A DNA stretch of 64,000 bases from NCBI GenBank assembly GCA_025059535.1, contig JANXCX010000024.1, positions 106,569-170,568 on the forward strand. Direction: 5' to 3'. Position numbers and translations under genes: made by a program. The notes under the pieces are model-generated. The model made no database searches. It was given only the letters and a program-made list of their open reading frames with translations, and was not told where the DNA came from. How positions within the stretch are numbered: the stretch's first letter is position 1; each line of letters opens with the position of its first letter. The stretch comes from Bacteroidia bacterium (GTDB lineage: Bacteria > Bacteroidota > Bacteroidia > SpSt-205). Of this stretch, positions 30,825 through 39,621 are shown in pieces.

Positions 30825-31873
30825 TGGCGGAGGGTCTGAGCCCTTTAGACGAAGCGCATCTGTGGCGTGCATTCTGGCTAGCACGCCGGGCTGTACCTTC
30901 CTTAGTGGAACCTAACCCCCCCGTAGGCGCTATCCTAGCAATAGGCGAGGAAATCTTAGGGGAGGGCTTTCATGCACGCTTCGGCGAGGCCCATGCGGAG
31001 ATAGTCGCCCTCCGCCAGGTAAAGCAGCCGACGCGTTTGGCAGAGGCTACTCTGTATGTAACCTTAGAGCCTTGCTGCCATACCTCTAAGAAGACCCCCC
31101 CTTGCGTGCCCGCCATTGTAGAGGCAGGGATAAAACGGGTCGTAGTGGGGCATTTAGACCCAAATCCCGCCGTAGCAGGCCAAGGGGTAGCCCTCCTTCA
31201 AAAAGCCGGCCTCACCGTCCAAGTGGCTTCCTCGGCTATTCCCTCGGCGCGGCTTCTTCGGCACTTTTGGGTAAATGTGCGCTATGGCCGCCCCTATATC
31301 ACGCTCAAGTGGGCGCAGACCGCTGGCCCCACGGGCCGCTTTCCCTTTTCGGGTGGGATTATGGGGAGTCGGCAGCAGGGTCGGCTAGCCATTTCGGGCT
31401 TTTGGGGAAAGGTATGGGCCCATCGCCTTCGGGCTCAACATAGTCACCTAGCCGTTGGTTGGCGGACCTGGCACTTAGACCGGCCAGCTCTCACCACGCG
31501 CTATTTTCCAGGCTCTAACCCTATCCCGCTGGTGTTGTATCATCCGGCCCGCGCTACGGCGCTCTCCCTTCCTTTCTATCCGGCGCCTCAGATTGACCGG
31601 GATTTCGCCCAGACACTCTATCAAACCCACAAAGTAGGTTCTCTGCTGGTTGAAGGCGGGGCCCATACGCTAAATCAGTTTTTAGCGGCAGATCTCTGGG
31701 ACGAAATCCATGTGATTGTAGCCTACCGGGAGGTAGCCGTGCCTTCAGAAGCGGTGGTTTTAGCCCCTGCCCTTCCGCTCTCTTATTCGTGGCATCGCCT
31801 TACCCTCAGCCCTAAGGAAGAAGTATGGATTGCACGCCGCCCACAGGCTAAGGACGAAATAGCTCTGCCGTAA
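30824..31873 (+). CDS. ribD: Riboflavin biosynthesis deaminase/reductase RibD
   Basis: PNPPVGA, HAE, TLEPCCH..KTPPC, LLVEGG. Confidence 0.93.
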   Translation: MAEGLSPLDEAHLWRAFWLARRAVPSLVEPNPPVGAILAIGEEILGEGFHARFGEAHAEIVALRQVKQPTRLAEATLYVTLEPCCHTSKKTPPCVPAIVEAGIKRVVVGHLDPNPAVAGQGVALLQKAGLTVQVASSAIPSARLLRHFWVNVRYGRPYITLKWAQTAGPTGRFPFSGGIMGSRQQGRLAISGFWGKVWAHRLRAQHSHLAVGWRTWHLDRPALTTRYFPGSNPIPLVLYHPARATALSLPFYPAPQIDRDFAQTLYQTHKVGSLLVEGGAHTLNQFLAADLWDEIHVIVAYREVAVPSEAVVLAPALPLSYSWHRLTLSPKEEVWIARRPQAKDEIALP

Positions 31874-32858
31874 AGCTGGAAGGCGAAAAGGCGAGCCTTT
31901 GGAGCAGGCGGCGGATAGGTGCAGGCAAGGCATAGCGCTCCAGTTCGCTCCATGCCACAGGATTCGTGGATGGCAGAGGAGCGGGGAGGGATTTTATATA
32001 ACCCCATAGCTGAAAGTGAGAGAAGGCGTGCCGAAAAACGGGTGGGCTTGGAAGAGGCTGGGCAGGTCGTTCTGAGGGCAAGCACCAGAGGCCGCCCCAT
32101 AGGCCCTTTGCCGGGCGCCGCTCCAGCCAGACCGCTTCAGACGTAGCATATATGAGGAAAATCCACTGCTGGATAGGCTTAGTCTTGGTAAGGCGGGGAG
32201 CGGGAAACTGCGTAGGCTTCCCACTATGGAAGGCCTGGCATTCGGCATGCAGGGGGCAGATTTTGCAGCGTGGGCGACGAGGCAGGCATACAAGCCGAGC
32301 TAGGTCCATCAGGGCAAAGGCCACCCAGGGCTGCCGCCAACTTTCAGGCAAGGCATCCGCTTTTTTCTGATAGTAGTGGCGCTGGCTGAGCGGTGTAGGA
32401 TCACCCCACAGGCGGCTCAGGATGCGCGCCACATTTCCATCCACTGGGAGATAGGCGCCCCATCCAGCGAAGCTAAGGATGGCCCGCGCCGTATAGGGAC
32501 CTATGCCGGGAAGCGTAAGAAGAGCTTTGAGGGGATCAGCGCTTTTGGCTATAGAGGCCCAGCCGCCTTGGTGCCATAGCGCCTGCGCCGCCCGAAGGAG
32601 ATTATGAACCCGCTGATAATAACCCAAGCCCTGCCACAGGCGTAATACCTCGCTTTCCTCCGCTTCTACCAGCGCCTTTAGCGTGGGATAGCGCGCCAAA
32701 AAGGTTAAAAGCCGCTGCTCTACCTGCGCAATCTGGGTCTGCTGTAAAAACGTCTCGGCAATCCAGATTTGGTAGGGGTCTTGGGTTTCGCGCCATACAA
32801 AGCGACGCCCCTCCTCCTCGTACCATGCACGCAGAGCCTCTCGCAGAGTCTCACTCAC
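31848..32858 (-). CDS. mutY: A/G-specific adenine glycosylase
   Basis: [33 protein letters not shown]6CX2CX5C cluster, GLWGGLW. Confidence 0.93.
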   Translation of the reverse strand: MSETLREALRAWYEEEGRRFVWRETQDPYQIWIAETFLQQTQIAQVEQRLLTFLARYPTLKALVEAEESEVLRLWQGLGYYQRVHNLLRAAQALWHQGGWASIAKSADPLKALLTLPGIGPYTARAILSFAGWGAYLPVDGNVARILSRLWGDPTPLSQRHYYQKKADALPESWRQPWVAFALMDLARLVCLPRRPRCKICPLHAECQAFHSGKPTQFPAPRLTKTKPIQQWIFLIYATSEAVWLERRPAKGLWGGLWCLPSERPAQPLPSPPVFRHAFSHFQLWGYIKSLPAPLPSTNPVAWSELERYALPAPIRRLLQRLAFSPSSFTAELFRP

Positions 32859-33268
32859 AGGCCTATTACCTTAATGACCACGCGCTTGCGCCGCTGCCCG
32901 TCAAATTCTAAATAAAAAATCTCCTGCCAGGGACCTAAATCTAAATCCCCGCGTGTAACCGGCACTACGACCTGAAGGTGGGTAAGGAGATTTTTGAGGT
33001 GGGCGTCGGCGTTATCCTCGCCCGTGCGATGGTGGTGGTAGTCCCGGCGATAAGGGGCTAGGGCCTCCAACCACTTCCAGAGGTCTTCATGCAGGCCGCG
33101 TTCGTTATCCTGAATGATTACGGAGGCGGTAAGGTGCATGGAGGAGACTAAGCAGAGGCCTTCTTGGATACCGGATTTTCGCACCTCTTCGCGCACTTGT
33201 GGGGTGAGGTGGACGATGGCACGCCGTTCGGGGGTGTGCATCCATAGGTAGGCGGTATGGCTACGCAT
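32855..33268 (-). CDS. yjbQ: YjbQ/UPF0047 family protein
   Basis: [35 protein letters not shown]. Confidence 0.92.
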   Translation of the reverse strand: MRSHTAYLWMHTPERRAIVHLTPQVREEVRKSGIQEGLCLVSSMHLTASVIIQDNERGLHEDLWKWLEALAPYRRDYHHHRTGEDNADAHLKNLLTHLQVVVPVTRGDLDLGPWQEIFYLEFDGQRRKRVVIKVIGL

Positions 33269-33271
33269 AGG

Positions 33272-34039
33272 CTAAGCAATAAGCCCTTTTCGGCGCAGGA
33301 GGATTTCGGCTAAGGGAAGGAAGGTTTCGGCTTTGAGGCTAGCGCCGCCGACTAGGCCGCCATCTACGTCGGGCTGAGCAAAAAGTTCGGGGGCATTTTC
33401 GGGTTTGAGGCTGCCGCCGTAGAGGATGGGGATTTGGTGGGCGGGGGCGCCTTTTTGGGCAAGAAGATTCCGGAGAAAGGCATGGGCCTCCTGCGCTTGG
33501 GCTGCGGTGGCGTTATGGCCCGTGCCTATAGCCCAGACGGGCTCGTAGGCCAGCGCTAGGCGCTCCCAGCTAATTGAGGAATCCTCCAGTACCTCGGCGA
33601 TTTGCCGGGCCAAAACGGCAAAGGTCTGGCCCGCGGCGCGCTCCGCAGCGGTCTCACCGACGCAGTAAAGGACGGAAAGGCCGCGCTGCTGAGCATCCAT
33701 TACCTTACGACGCAGAAGGGGGCCCCTTTCGCCGAAGTGCTGGCGGCGCTCGGAATGGCCTACAAGCACCCACCGCGCCCCTATTGCCGCTATCTGCTGC
33801 ATGGATACCTCGCCCGTATAAGGCCCAAAGCCGCCCGGATAGCCATTTTGCGCCCCTACTTCCAACGAAGTACCCCGCACTTGCGCCTCTACTGCCCCGA
33901 GATAGAGAAAAGGCGGAAAGAGGATTCCCCGAAGCGGCGGAGCAAATTTAGGCCAGCCTTGTACAATTTCCTGCGCCAATTGGCGCGCCTCCTCGGGCAG
34001 GAGGTGCATTTTCCAATTAGCCGCCAAAATTAGCCTCAT
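33272..34039 (-). CDS. tpiA: Triosephosphate isomerase
   Basis: ANWKM, GHSERR, AYEPVWAIGTG, YGGS, DGGLVGGASL. Confidence 0.98.
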   Translation of the reverse strand: MRLILAANWKMHLLPEEARQLAQEIVQGWPKFAPPLRGILFPPFLYLGAVEAQVRGTSLEVGAQNGYPGGFGPYTGEVSMQQIAAIGARWVLVGHSERRQHFGERGPLLRRKVMDAQQRGLSVLYCVGETAAERAAGQTFAVLARQIAEVLEDSSISWERLALAYEPVWAIGTGHNATAAQAQEAHAFLRNLLAQKGAPAHQIPILYGGSLKPENAPELFAQPDVDGGLVGGASLKAETFLPLAEILLRRKGLIA

Positions 34040-35118
34040 GGCAAAAGCAGCATAAGCGGCGAGGGAAGCTTACCCGGCGGCAAAAAGAGGACTTCGCCGC
34101 CTTTCTCGCGCACGGAAGCAATAAGAAGATCTAAACCATCGGAGGTAGAGGCCTGCTGCTTACGCCCAAGAAGCTCCTGCACTGGCAGGCTATACCCTTC
34201 CTCCACAAAGAGCACGGGCGACGAAGGCAACGAATCCTGCAAAAGCTGCCATATTTCTTGAGGGGTCTGGGCTTCGCTATACTGCAGAAAAGGATAGTAC
34301 ATCTGCTCCAGTACCCGAGCCTGATGATGCAGGTGCTGGACTAAGTGGTGCTGGATTATTTCGGGGGAGGCGGTTTCGGGTATACCCCCAATCCGACTAA
34401 CTGGGCCGCGGCCCTCCAGCCCACGGCTCACCTCCTCAATGAGCCGCTCATCACCCATAAGAAGGACGGGCACTTTTTCGAGTTCTAAATAGTGGGCGAC
34501 AGCGGCGCGCAAGGTCTCAATATACTTGACGAGGGCTACATTATAGGCGGCACGAGCCATCTCGCTAAACATTTCTTCAAATCGGCCCCCCTCGGTTGGG
34601 CCGCTTTGAAAGTAATGGCGGGCTTTTTGGAGATGAGCTAAGGCTTCTCGGACGGATTCCGCCAAGGGCAAAGGAAAGACCCGGTCGCCTACTCCCTCAA
34701 ACCAGCGCGCCGAATTCTCCGAAGCCAGGCACACAAATACCGTTCGCGTGCGATACAGGGCATAAAGCGCCGGATGAACTTTGAGCGTTTTGCCTATCGT
34801 GATTTCTTCTTTCCACTGGAAAGGCAAGAAGATAGCCTCTGACTCTTGGGTCGTGACGGCGACTAACCAGGTGCCTTCGCCAAGGGAGGGACTTTCCATT
34901 AGGCGGTTCAGGGCATACTCAAGGTTGGTACGGACGTTCTCGGCCTCGCGCCGGTCGGGATGCTTGGCTAAGGCTTTTTCCGCCTTTTCTCGCACTTTCT
35001 GAAGGGCCTCGGCCAGAGGCGACGCGTCGGAGCTTGCAGGAAGGTAGGCTGTCAAAGCCAAAGTAGCCGTACCAGCCGTTACCAAGCGTCGTACCCGATT
35101 TATCCGCAATGGCTCCAT
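34036..35118 (-). CDS. Bacterial archaeo-eukaryotic release factor-like protein (baeRF3/7-like)
   Basis: LTAYLP, LPFQWKEEITIG, VCLASENSARWFEG, PVLLMG; C-terminal LFVEEGY...VREKGGEVLF (L7Ae-like). Confidence 0.65.
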   Translation of the reverse strand: MEPLRINRVRRLVTAGTATLALTAYLPASSDASPLAEALQKVREKAEKALAKHPDRREAENVRTNLEYALNRLMESPSLGEGTWLVAVTTQESEAIFLPFQWKEEITIGKTLKVHPALYALYRTRTVFVCLASENSARWFEGVGDRVFPLPLAESVREALAHLQKARHYFQSGPTEGGRFEEMFSEMARAAYNVALVKYIETLRAAVAHYLELEKVPVLLMGDERLIEEVSRGLEGRGPVSRIGGIPETASPEIIQHHLVQHLHHQARVLEQMYYPFLQYSEAQTPQEIWQLLQDSLPSSPVLFVEEGYSLPVQELLGRKQQASTSDGLDLLIASVREKGGEVLFLPPGKLPSPLMLLLP

Positions 35119-35148
35119 ATGCCCACCAAATCCGCTAACTTTATCGGC

Positions 35149-35544
35149 ATGGCCGCCATAGGCACGCAAAGTAAAAATTTTCTGCTTTTTCTCGGCGGGG
35201 TGGCCCTTCTGGGCACGTTAAGTAGCCTCTGGCTGCCCCATTGGTCCGGTAGCCTATATGTGCTTGCGGTACTGGGGTACTTTTGGCAGGGAAACTGGCG
35301 GCATGTGATAGGGGCCGGCTCAGTCATGGCGGTGGTTTGGCTAGGCCTTGCGCTAAGCTGGGACCTCCCCAATGAAGGTCTGCTAGCCGAACGAGTGGGA
35401 AGGCTCTTCGGCCTGCCGCGCTGGGGCCTTTGGAGCCTCACGGCGTTTTTAGGATTCCTTTTAGGTAGTAGCGGAATCGGTCTCGGTCAAGCCCTGTGTC
35501 ACCTTCTGCCGCAAAAACCTCCGTGGCTCCGTGCGCCTAAATGA
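35149..35544 (+). CDS. Small membrane protein (about 4 TM)
   Basis: Hydrophobic segments; LAERVGRLFGL; variant box TAACTTTA 5 nt upstream. Confidence 0.65.
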   Translation: MAAIGTQSKNFLLFLGGVALLGTLSSLWLPHWSGSLYVLAVLGYFWQGNWRHVIGAGSVMAVVWLGLALSWDLPNEGLLAERVGRLFGLPRWGLWSLTAFLGFLLGSSGIGLGQALCHLLPQKPPWLRAPK

Positions 35545-36817
35545 GTTTGGGCGGCTTTCCCTGCGTCTGCTGGCAGGCTTCGCCATAGGGGCGGGGCTCG
35601 GCCTTCTGGTGCGGGCCTTTCCCTTCCCCCATGAATGGCTGACCTTAGCCGCCCGATGGGCAGGCGAAATCTTTCTGCGCAGCATCTTCATGCTCATACT
35701 GCCGCTTATTATTCCCACCCTTCTCTTAGGCCTCCAGCGGCTCGCCGAAACCGGCGCTATAGGCCGAATCGGGCTCCCTACCCTTTTGACCGTCGTAACC
35801 CTTACCACCATAGCGGCAACTATCGGCCTTGTTCTGGCCAATCTAATTGCCCCCGCTCATCTTCTTTCCGCCTCGGCCCGCACGGCTCTAATTGAGCGCT
35901 TCGGCCAAAGTGTGCCAACCTCACGCAGCCTGACACATGAACTCTTTCTTAATCTCATACCCAAAAATCCCTTCTATGAGATAGCCAACGCCTTCACACC
36001 CAATCAGCAGGGTGGACTTCTGGCCGTAGTTCTTTTCACTATAGCCTTCGGAATAGCTCTAACCCATCTACCCTCAGAGACCACACGCGGCTTTTACCAC
36101 CTGCTGGAGGTCATATACGAAGCAACGGTCTGGCTCTTACGGAGGATTCTGAAGTGGCTAGGGCCTTTGGGCGTGGGGGGGCTAATTTTCCAAGCCGTAG
36201 AAGGATTAGGATGGGAAATTTTCCCGCTGCTCAGTGCCTATGCCGCTACGGTGGCGCTAGGCCTTCTCCTCCATGGTGCGGGTGTATATAGCCTTTTCCT
36301 GTGGCTATTTAGCAAAGTATCCCCCTTAGCCCTTTTGCGCGGTAGCATGCCGGCTTTAGTGCTGGCTTTTTCTTCGGCAAGCAGTAACGCTACCCTACCC
36401 ACCACCTTAGAAATAGCGACGCGCCGCTTGGGTATAGCCGCACCCGTAGCCCAATTCATTCTTACCCTCGGTGCCACGGTCAATCAGAATGGCACCGCCC
36501 TCTATGAGGGCGTAACTTTGCTTTTCCTTATGCAGGTATTTGGGGTGCCTTTGAGTGGGGGCGAGCAGCTGCTTCTTATAGGCTTAGCGGTACTTATCGC
36601 CATAGGGGCCGCCGGCGTACCAGGCGGTTCCCTCCCTCTCCTGGCGGGCGTGCTACCGGCTTTTGGCGTGCCACCTGGCGCCATAGCTCTTATCTACGGC
36701 ATAGACCGCTTTCTGGATATGCTGCGCACTACCGTGAATGTATATGGTGATATTGTAATCGCTACTTATATTCATCGCCTCTCGTATGGAAATCCTCCAG
36801 ACGCGTCAAAGCGTTAG
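35531..36817 (+). CDS. Dicarboxylate/amino acid:cation symporter (GltP/DctA family)
   Basis: FSSASSNATLP, LGATVNQNGTALY, GAAGVPGG, DRFLDMLRTTVNV. Confidence 0.93.
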   Translation: MRLNEFGRLSLRLLAGFAIGAGLGLLVRAFPFPHEWLTLAARWAGEIFLRSIFMLILPLIIPTLLLGLQRLAETGAIGRIGLPTLLTVVTLTTIAATIGLVLANLIAPAHLLSASARTALIERFGQSVPTSRSLTHELFLNLIPKNPFYEIANAFTPNQQGGLLAVVLFTIAFGIALTHLPSETTRGFYHLLEVIYEATVWLLRRILKWLGPLGVGGLIFQAVEGLGWEIFPLLSAYAATVALGLLLHGAGVYSLFLWLFSKVSPLALLRGSMPALVLAFSSASSNATLPTTLEIATRRLGIAAPVAQFILTLGATVNQNGTALYEGVTLLFLMQVFGVPLSGGEQLLLIGLAVLIAIGAAGVPGGSLPLLAGVLPAFGVPPGAIALIYGIDRFLDMLRTTVNVYGDIVIATYIHRLSYGNPPDASKR

Positions 36818-37643
36818 AAACTGGCGAGCCAAGGTACATGGCTCGGTCGGCTTTGTCCCGACAATGGGCGCCCTTCATGAAGGCCATCTATCGCTGGTAC
36901 GCCAAAGCTTAGCCGATAACCCCTGGACCATCGTGAGCATTTTCGTCAATCCCCGCCAATTCGGTCCTCGTGAAGATTACCTCCGCTACCCGCGAACCTT
37001 AGAAACCGATATACGCCTACTTCAAAATCTGGGGGTTTCAGCTGTCTTTGTGCCTTCTGAGGAGGAGATGTATGGGAGCGATGAGGAGGTTTATATTAGC
37101 CTGACGCGCCTGAGCCAATTGTGGTGCGGGAGCTACCGGCAGGGGCACTTTGATGGAGTAGCCCTGGTACTGGTCAAGCTCTTCAATCTCATCAACCCTT
37201 CGCGCGCCTACTTCGGTGAGAAGGACTTTCAGCAAGTCCGCCTAGTGGAGAAAATGGTAAGTGAGCTTTTCTTTCCCTTACAGGTGGTGCGAGTGCCTAC
37301 GGTGCGCGAGCCAGATGGGCTTGCGCTAAGCTCTCGCAATACTTACCTCTCGCCGCGTGGGCGTGCCCAGGCCGTAGCGCTTTACAAGAGCCTTCAGTAC
37401 ATTCAGGCGTTGATACCAACTACCCTACGGACAGATGAGCTTATAGAGGCGGGGCGCTTGTATTTGGAGGAGCACTTTCCCGAGGTGAGGCTGGAGTATT
37501 TAGCTATTGTGGATGAGGATTCCTTAGAGCCTCTTGAGCATCTATGGCAGTCGGCGCGGCCGCGTGCCCTTATTGCGGCGTATGTAGAGGAGGTGCGCCT
37601 TATTGATAATCTGCCGCTGATAGTGCCGTCGGAGCCGTCCTAA
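36786..37643 (+). CDS. panC: Pantoate--beta-alanine ligase
   Basis: FVPTMGALHEGH, SIFVNPRQF, FGEKDFQQ, DGLALSSRN, RLIDN. Confidence 0.97.
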   Translation: MEILQTRQSVRNWRAKVHGSVGFVPTMGALHEGHLSLVRQSLADNPWTIVSIFVNPRQFGPREDYLRYPRTLETDIRLLQNLGVSAVFVPSEEEMYGSDEEVYISLTRLSQLWCGSYRQGHFDGVALVLVKLFNLINPSRAYFGEKDFQQVRLVEKMVSELFFPLQVVRVPTVREPDGLALSSRNTYLSPRGRAQAVALYKSLQYIQALIPTTLRTDELIEAGRLYLEEHFPEVRLEYLAIVDEDSLEPLEHLWQSARPRALIAAYVEEVRLIDNLPLIVPSEPS

Positions 37644-38034
37644 GGTAAGCGGTAAGGCGACGCCGATCCCCCTCCAGCGGTTCTAGTTGTACCTCCACCC
37701 AGGGGGGTGGTGGTGGGCCAGGGAGTTTATCAGCCCACTCCACAAAAACGAGCGGAGCCTCCTCCAAGGCCGCATACACCTCTGCCCACCGAGAAGGAAT
37801 AGCCCAGTCCAATTTATACAGGTCTATATGCACCGCGCCAGGTAGGTAGTGGATGTAGGTAAAGGTTGGGCTGGTGACGTCGGGCCCCACCCAGGCGCGC
37901 ACGAGGGCGGTCTTTCCTGCGCCGATAGGCCCAATCAGAAGCCATCGCCGAACTTGGGGCGCCCAAGCCTGTAGCTCCCTCACCACCTGCGGCAGCTCCG
38001 CCTCAGAAAACTCCCGCCGATATACCTCCTTCAC
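37600..38034 (-). CDS. tsaE: tRNA threonylcarbamoyladenosine biosynthesis ATPase TsaE
   Basis: GPIGAGKT, VTSPTF, HIDLY, VEW; coupled to porX. Confidence 0.92.
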   Translation of the reverse strand: MKEVYRREFSEAELPQVVRELQAWAPQVRRWLLIGPIGAGKTALVRAWVGPDVTSPTFTYIHYLPGAVHIDLYKLDWAIPSRWAEVYAALEEAPLVFVEWADKLPGPPPPPWVEVQLEPLEGDRRRLTAYLRTAPTALSAADYQ

Positions 38035-39593
38035 TTCTTCACCTCCAGGCGTAGGAAGGGCACTATTATTTCCTCTAAGCTCACGCCCCCGTGCTGGTAG
38101 GAGTCCCGATAGAGGCGCACGTAGTCGTTGTAGTTCGTAGGATAGACCAAGAAGTAATCCTCGCAGGCAAAAAGGTAGGTAGCGCTGGCGGTAGCGCGAG
38201 GCAGGCGGGCCTCTTCGGGCTTTCGGATATGGAAAAGCCCGCGTGCATCGCGGTCGTAGTTGAGGTTACGGCCCTGTTTGTAGCGCAGATTCGTGGTGGT
38301 CTCCCGATCCCCCAGCACGCGCACAGGCCGTCGCACTTGCACAAAGCCGTGATCCGTAGTGAGGAACACCCGCCGAACATACTGCGGCAGAAGGCGCATA
38401 ACCTGAAAGAAGGAGGAATTCTCCAGCCAGGCGCGCGTAGTGGCTCTAAGCGCTATGTCGTTGGAAGCGAGTTCTTTGAGGATGTTCATCTGCACGCGCG
38501 TGTGCGCCATAAGGTCTAAAAAGTTGAAAATCAAAAGAAGGATTTCATGTTGGCGTAGAAGCTGAGGTAGCTGCTGCACGAGGGCCTTGCCTTCTTCCAA
38601 GCGCAGGACTTTGACATACCCTATGCGCGCAGGCATCTTGTGGCGATGGAGAAGGTCCCCGAAAAATTCTTCTTCAAATAGGTTTTTGCCGCCTTCCTCA
38701 TCATCGTCGGCCCAATAGCGGGGAAAACGCTGGGCTAGCTCTAAGGGAAAAAGACCGCCAAAAAGGCTATTGCGCGCATACTGCGTGGCCGTAGGGAGGA
38801 TAGAGAAAAAGAGCTGTTCCTCGGCGGTGTGATAGTAAGGGGCGATGAGGGCTTCCAATACTTTCCACTGGTCATAACGCATGCCATCTATGAGCAAAAG
38901 AACTACGGGCTCCTTAGAGCGCTCGGCTAAATGCGGTAAAAAATACTTTGTAAGCACATCGGGCGACAGGGTAGGACGCTGGCTGCTGTGGACCCATTCC
39001 AGGTAGTTTTCTGTGTAAAATCGGCTAAAAAGTAGGTTAGCTTCGGCACGCTGGCCGTCCAGAATGCTGCGCAGCTCGGCTTCCCCGCTTTTCTCTAAGG
39101 CTAAATCCCAATATACAAGGTCCCGGTAGATCTGAAGCCATTCTTCGGCGGTGGGATTTAGGGCGATTTGGGTGGCTAGGCGGCGGAATTCGCGCTGGTA
39201 GTCTTGGCTAGTCTGCTGCTGCTGCAGAAGCGGCCCACTGAGAAGGCGCTTGCAGGTAGAGAGGAGCTGCTGGGGTTTGACGGGCTTAATAAGGAAGTCG
39301 GCAATTTCCACGCCTACGGCTGCCTCCATAAGCGGCTCACTTTCATCCTTCGTTACCATCACGATAGGCAAATGGGGAAGAAGGCGCTTTACCTGCCGGG
39401 CCAGCTCTATGCCCTCCATGCCCGGCATATGCTCATCTACAATAAGTAGGTCTATAGGCTGTTGATGGAGCGTCGCCAAAGCCTCCGTTGGATAGCGTAG
39501 CGGAATAACTTCAAAGCCTTTTTCCCGCAAATGCAGAACTTGAGGCTCCAGATGGTCTATTTCGTCATCTACCCAAAGGATTCGGCTACGCAT
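38031..39593 (-). CDS. porX: Response regulator/PglZ protein PorX (T9SS regulator)
   Basis: ILWVDDE receiver; IDGMRYDQW, SILPTATQYARN, TTDHG, QHGGVSLEE. Confidence 0.93.
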   Translation of the reverse strand: MRSRILWVDDEIDHLEPQVLHLREKGFEVIPLRYPTEALATLHQQPIDLLIVDEHMPGMEGIELARQVKRLLPHLPIVMVTKDESEPLMEAAVGVEIADFLIKPVKPQQLLSTCKRLLSGPLLQQQQTSQDYQREFRRLATQIALNPTAEEWLQIYRDLVYWDLALEKSGEAELRSILDGQRAEANLLFSRFYTENYLEWVHSSQRPTLSPDVLTKYFLPHLAERSKEPVVLLLIDGMRYDQWKVLEALIAPYYHTAEEQLFFSILPTATQYARNSLFGGLFPLELAQRFPRYWADDDEEGGKNLFEEEFFGDLLHRHKMPARIGYVKVLRLEEGKALVQQLPQLLRQHEILLLIFNFLDLMAHTRVQMNILKELASNDIALRATTRAWLENSSFFQVMRLLPQYVRRVFLTTDHGFVQVRRPVRVLGDRETTTNLRYKQGRNLNYDRDARGLFHIRKPEEARLPRATASATYLFACEDYFLVYPTNYNDYVRLYRDSYQHGGVSLEEIIVPFLRLEVKK

Positions 39594-39597
39594 GTTT

Positions 39598-39615
39598 CAA
39601 AGATAAGTATATTTG
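39598..39615. promoter_or_regulatory. Back-to-back -7 boxes (TATCTTTG on -, TATATTTG on +)
   Basis: CAAAGATA-AG-TATATTTG; 4 nt before the porX ATG and 6 nt before ATG 39622. Confidence 0.7.
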
Positions 39616-39621
39616 GGAAGT

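Noticed and set aside
38031-39593. PglZ domain as a BREX defence component
   Set aside because: Receiver-PglZ next to tsaE is the conserved Bacteroidota PorX, and no brx genes are nearby.
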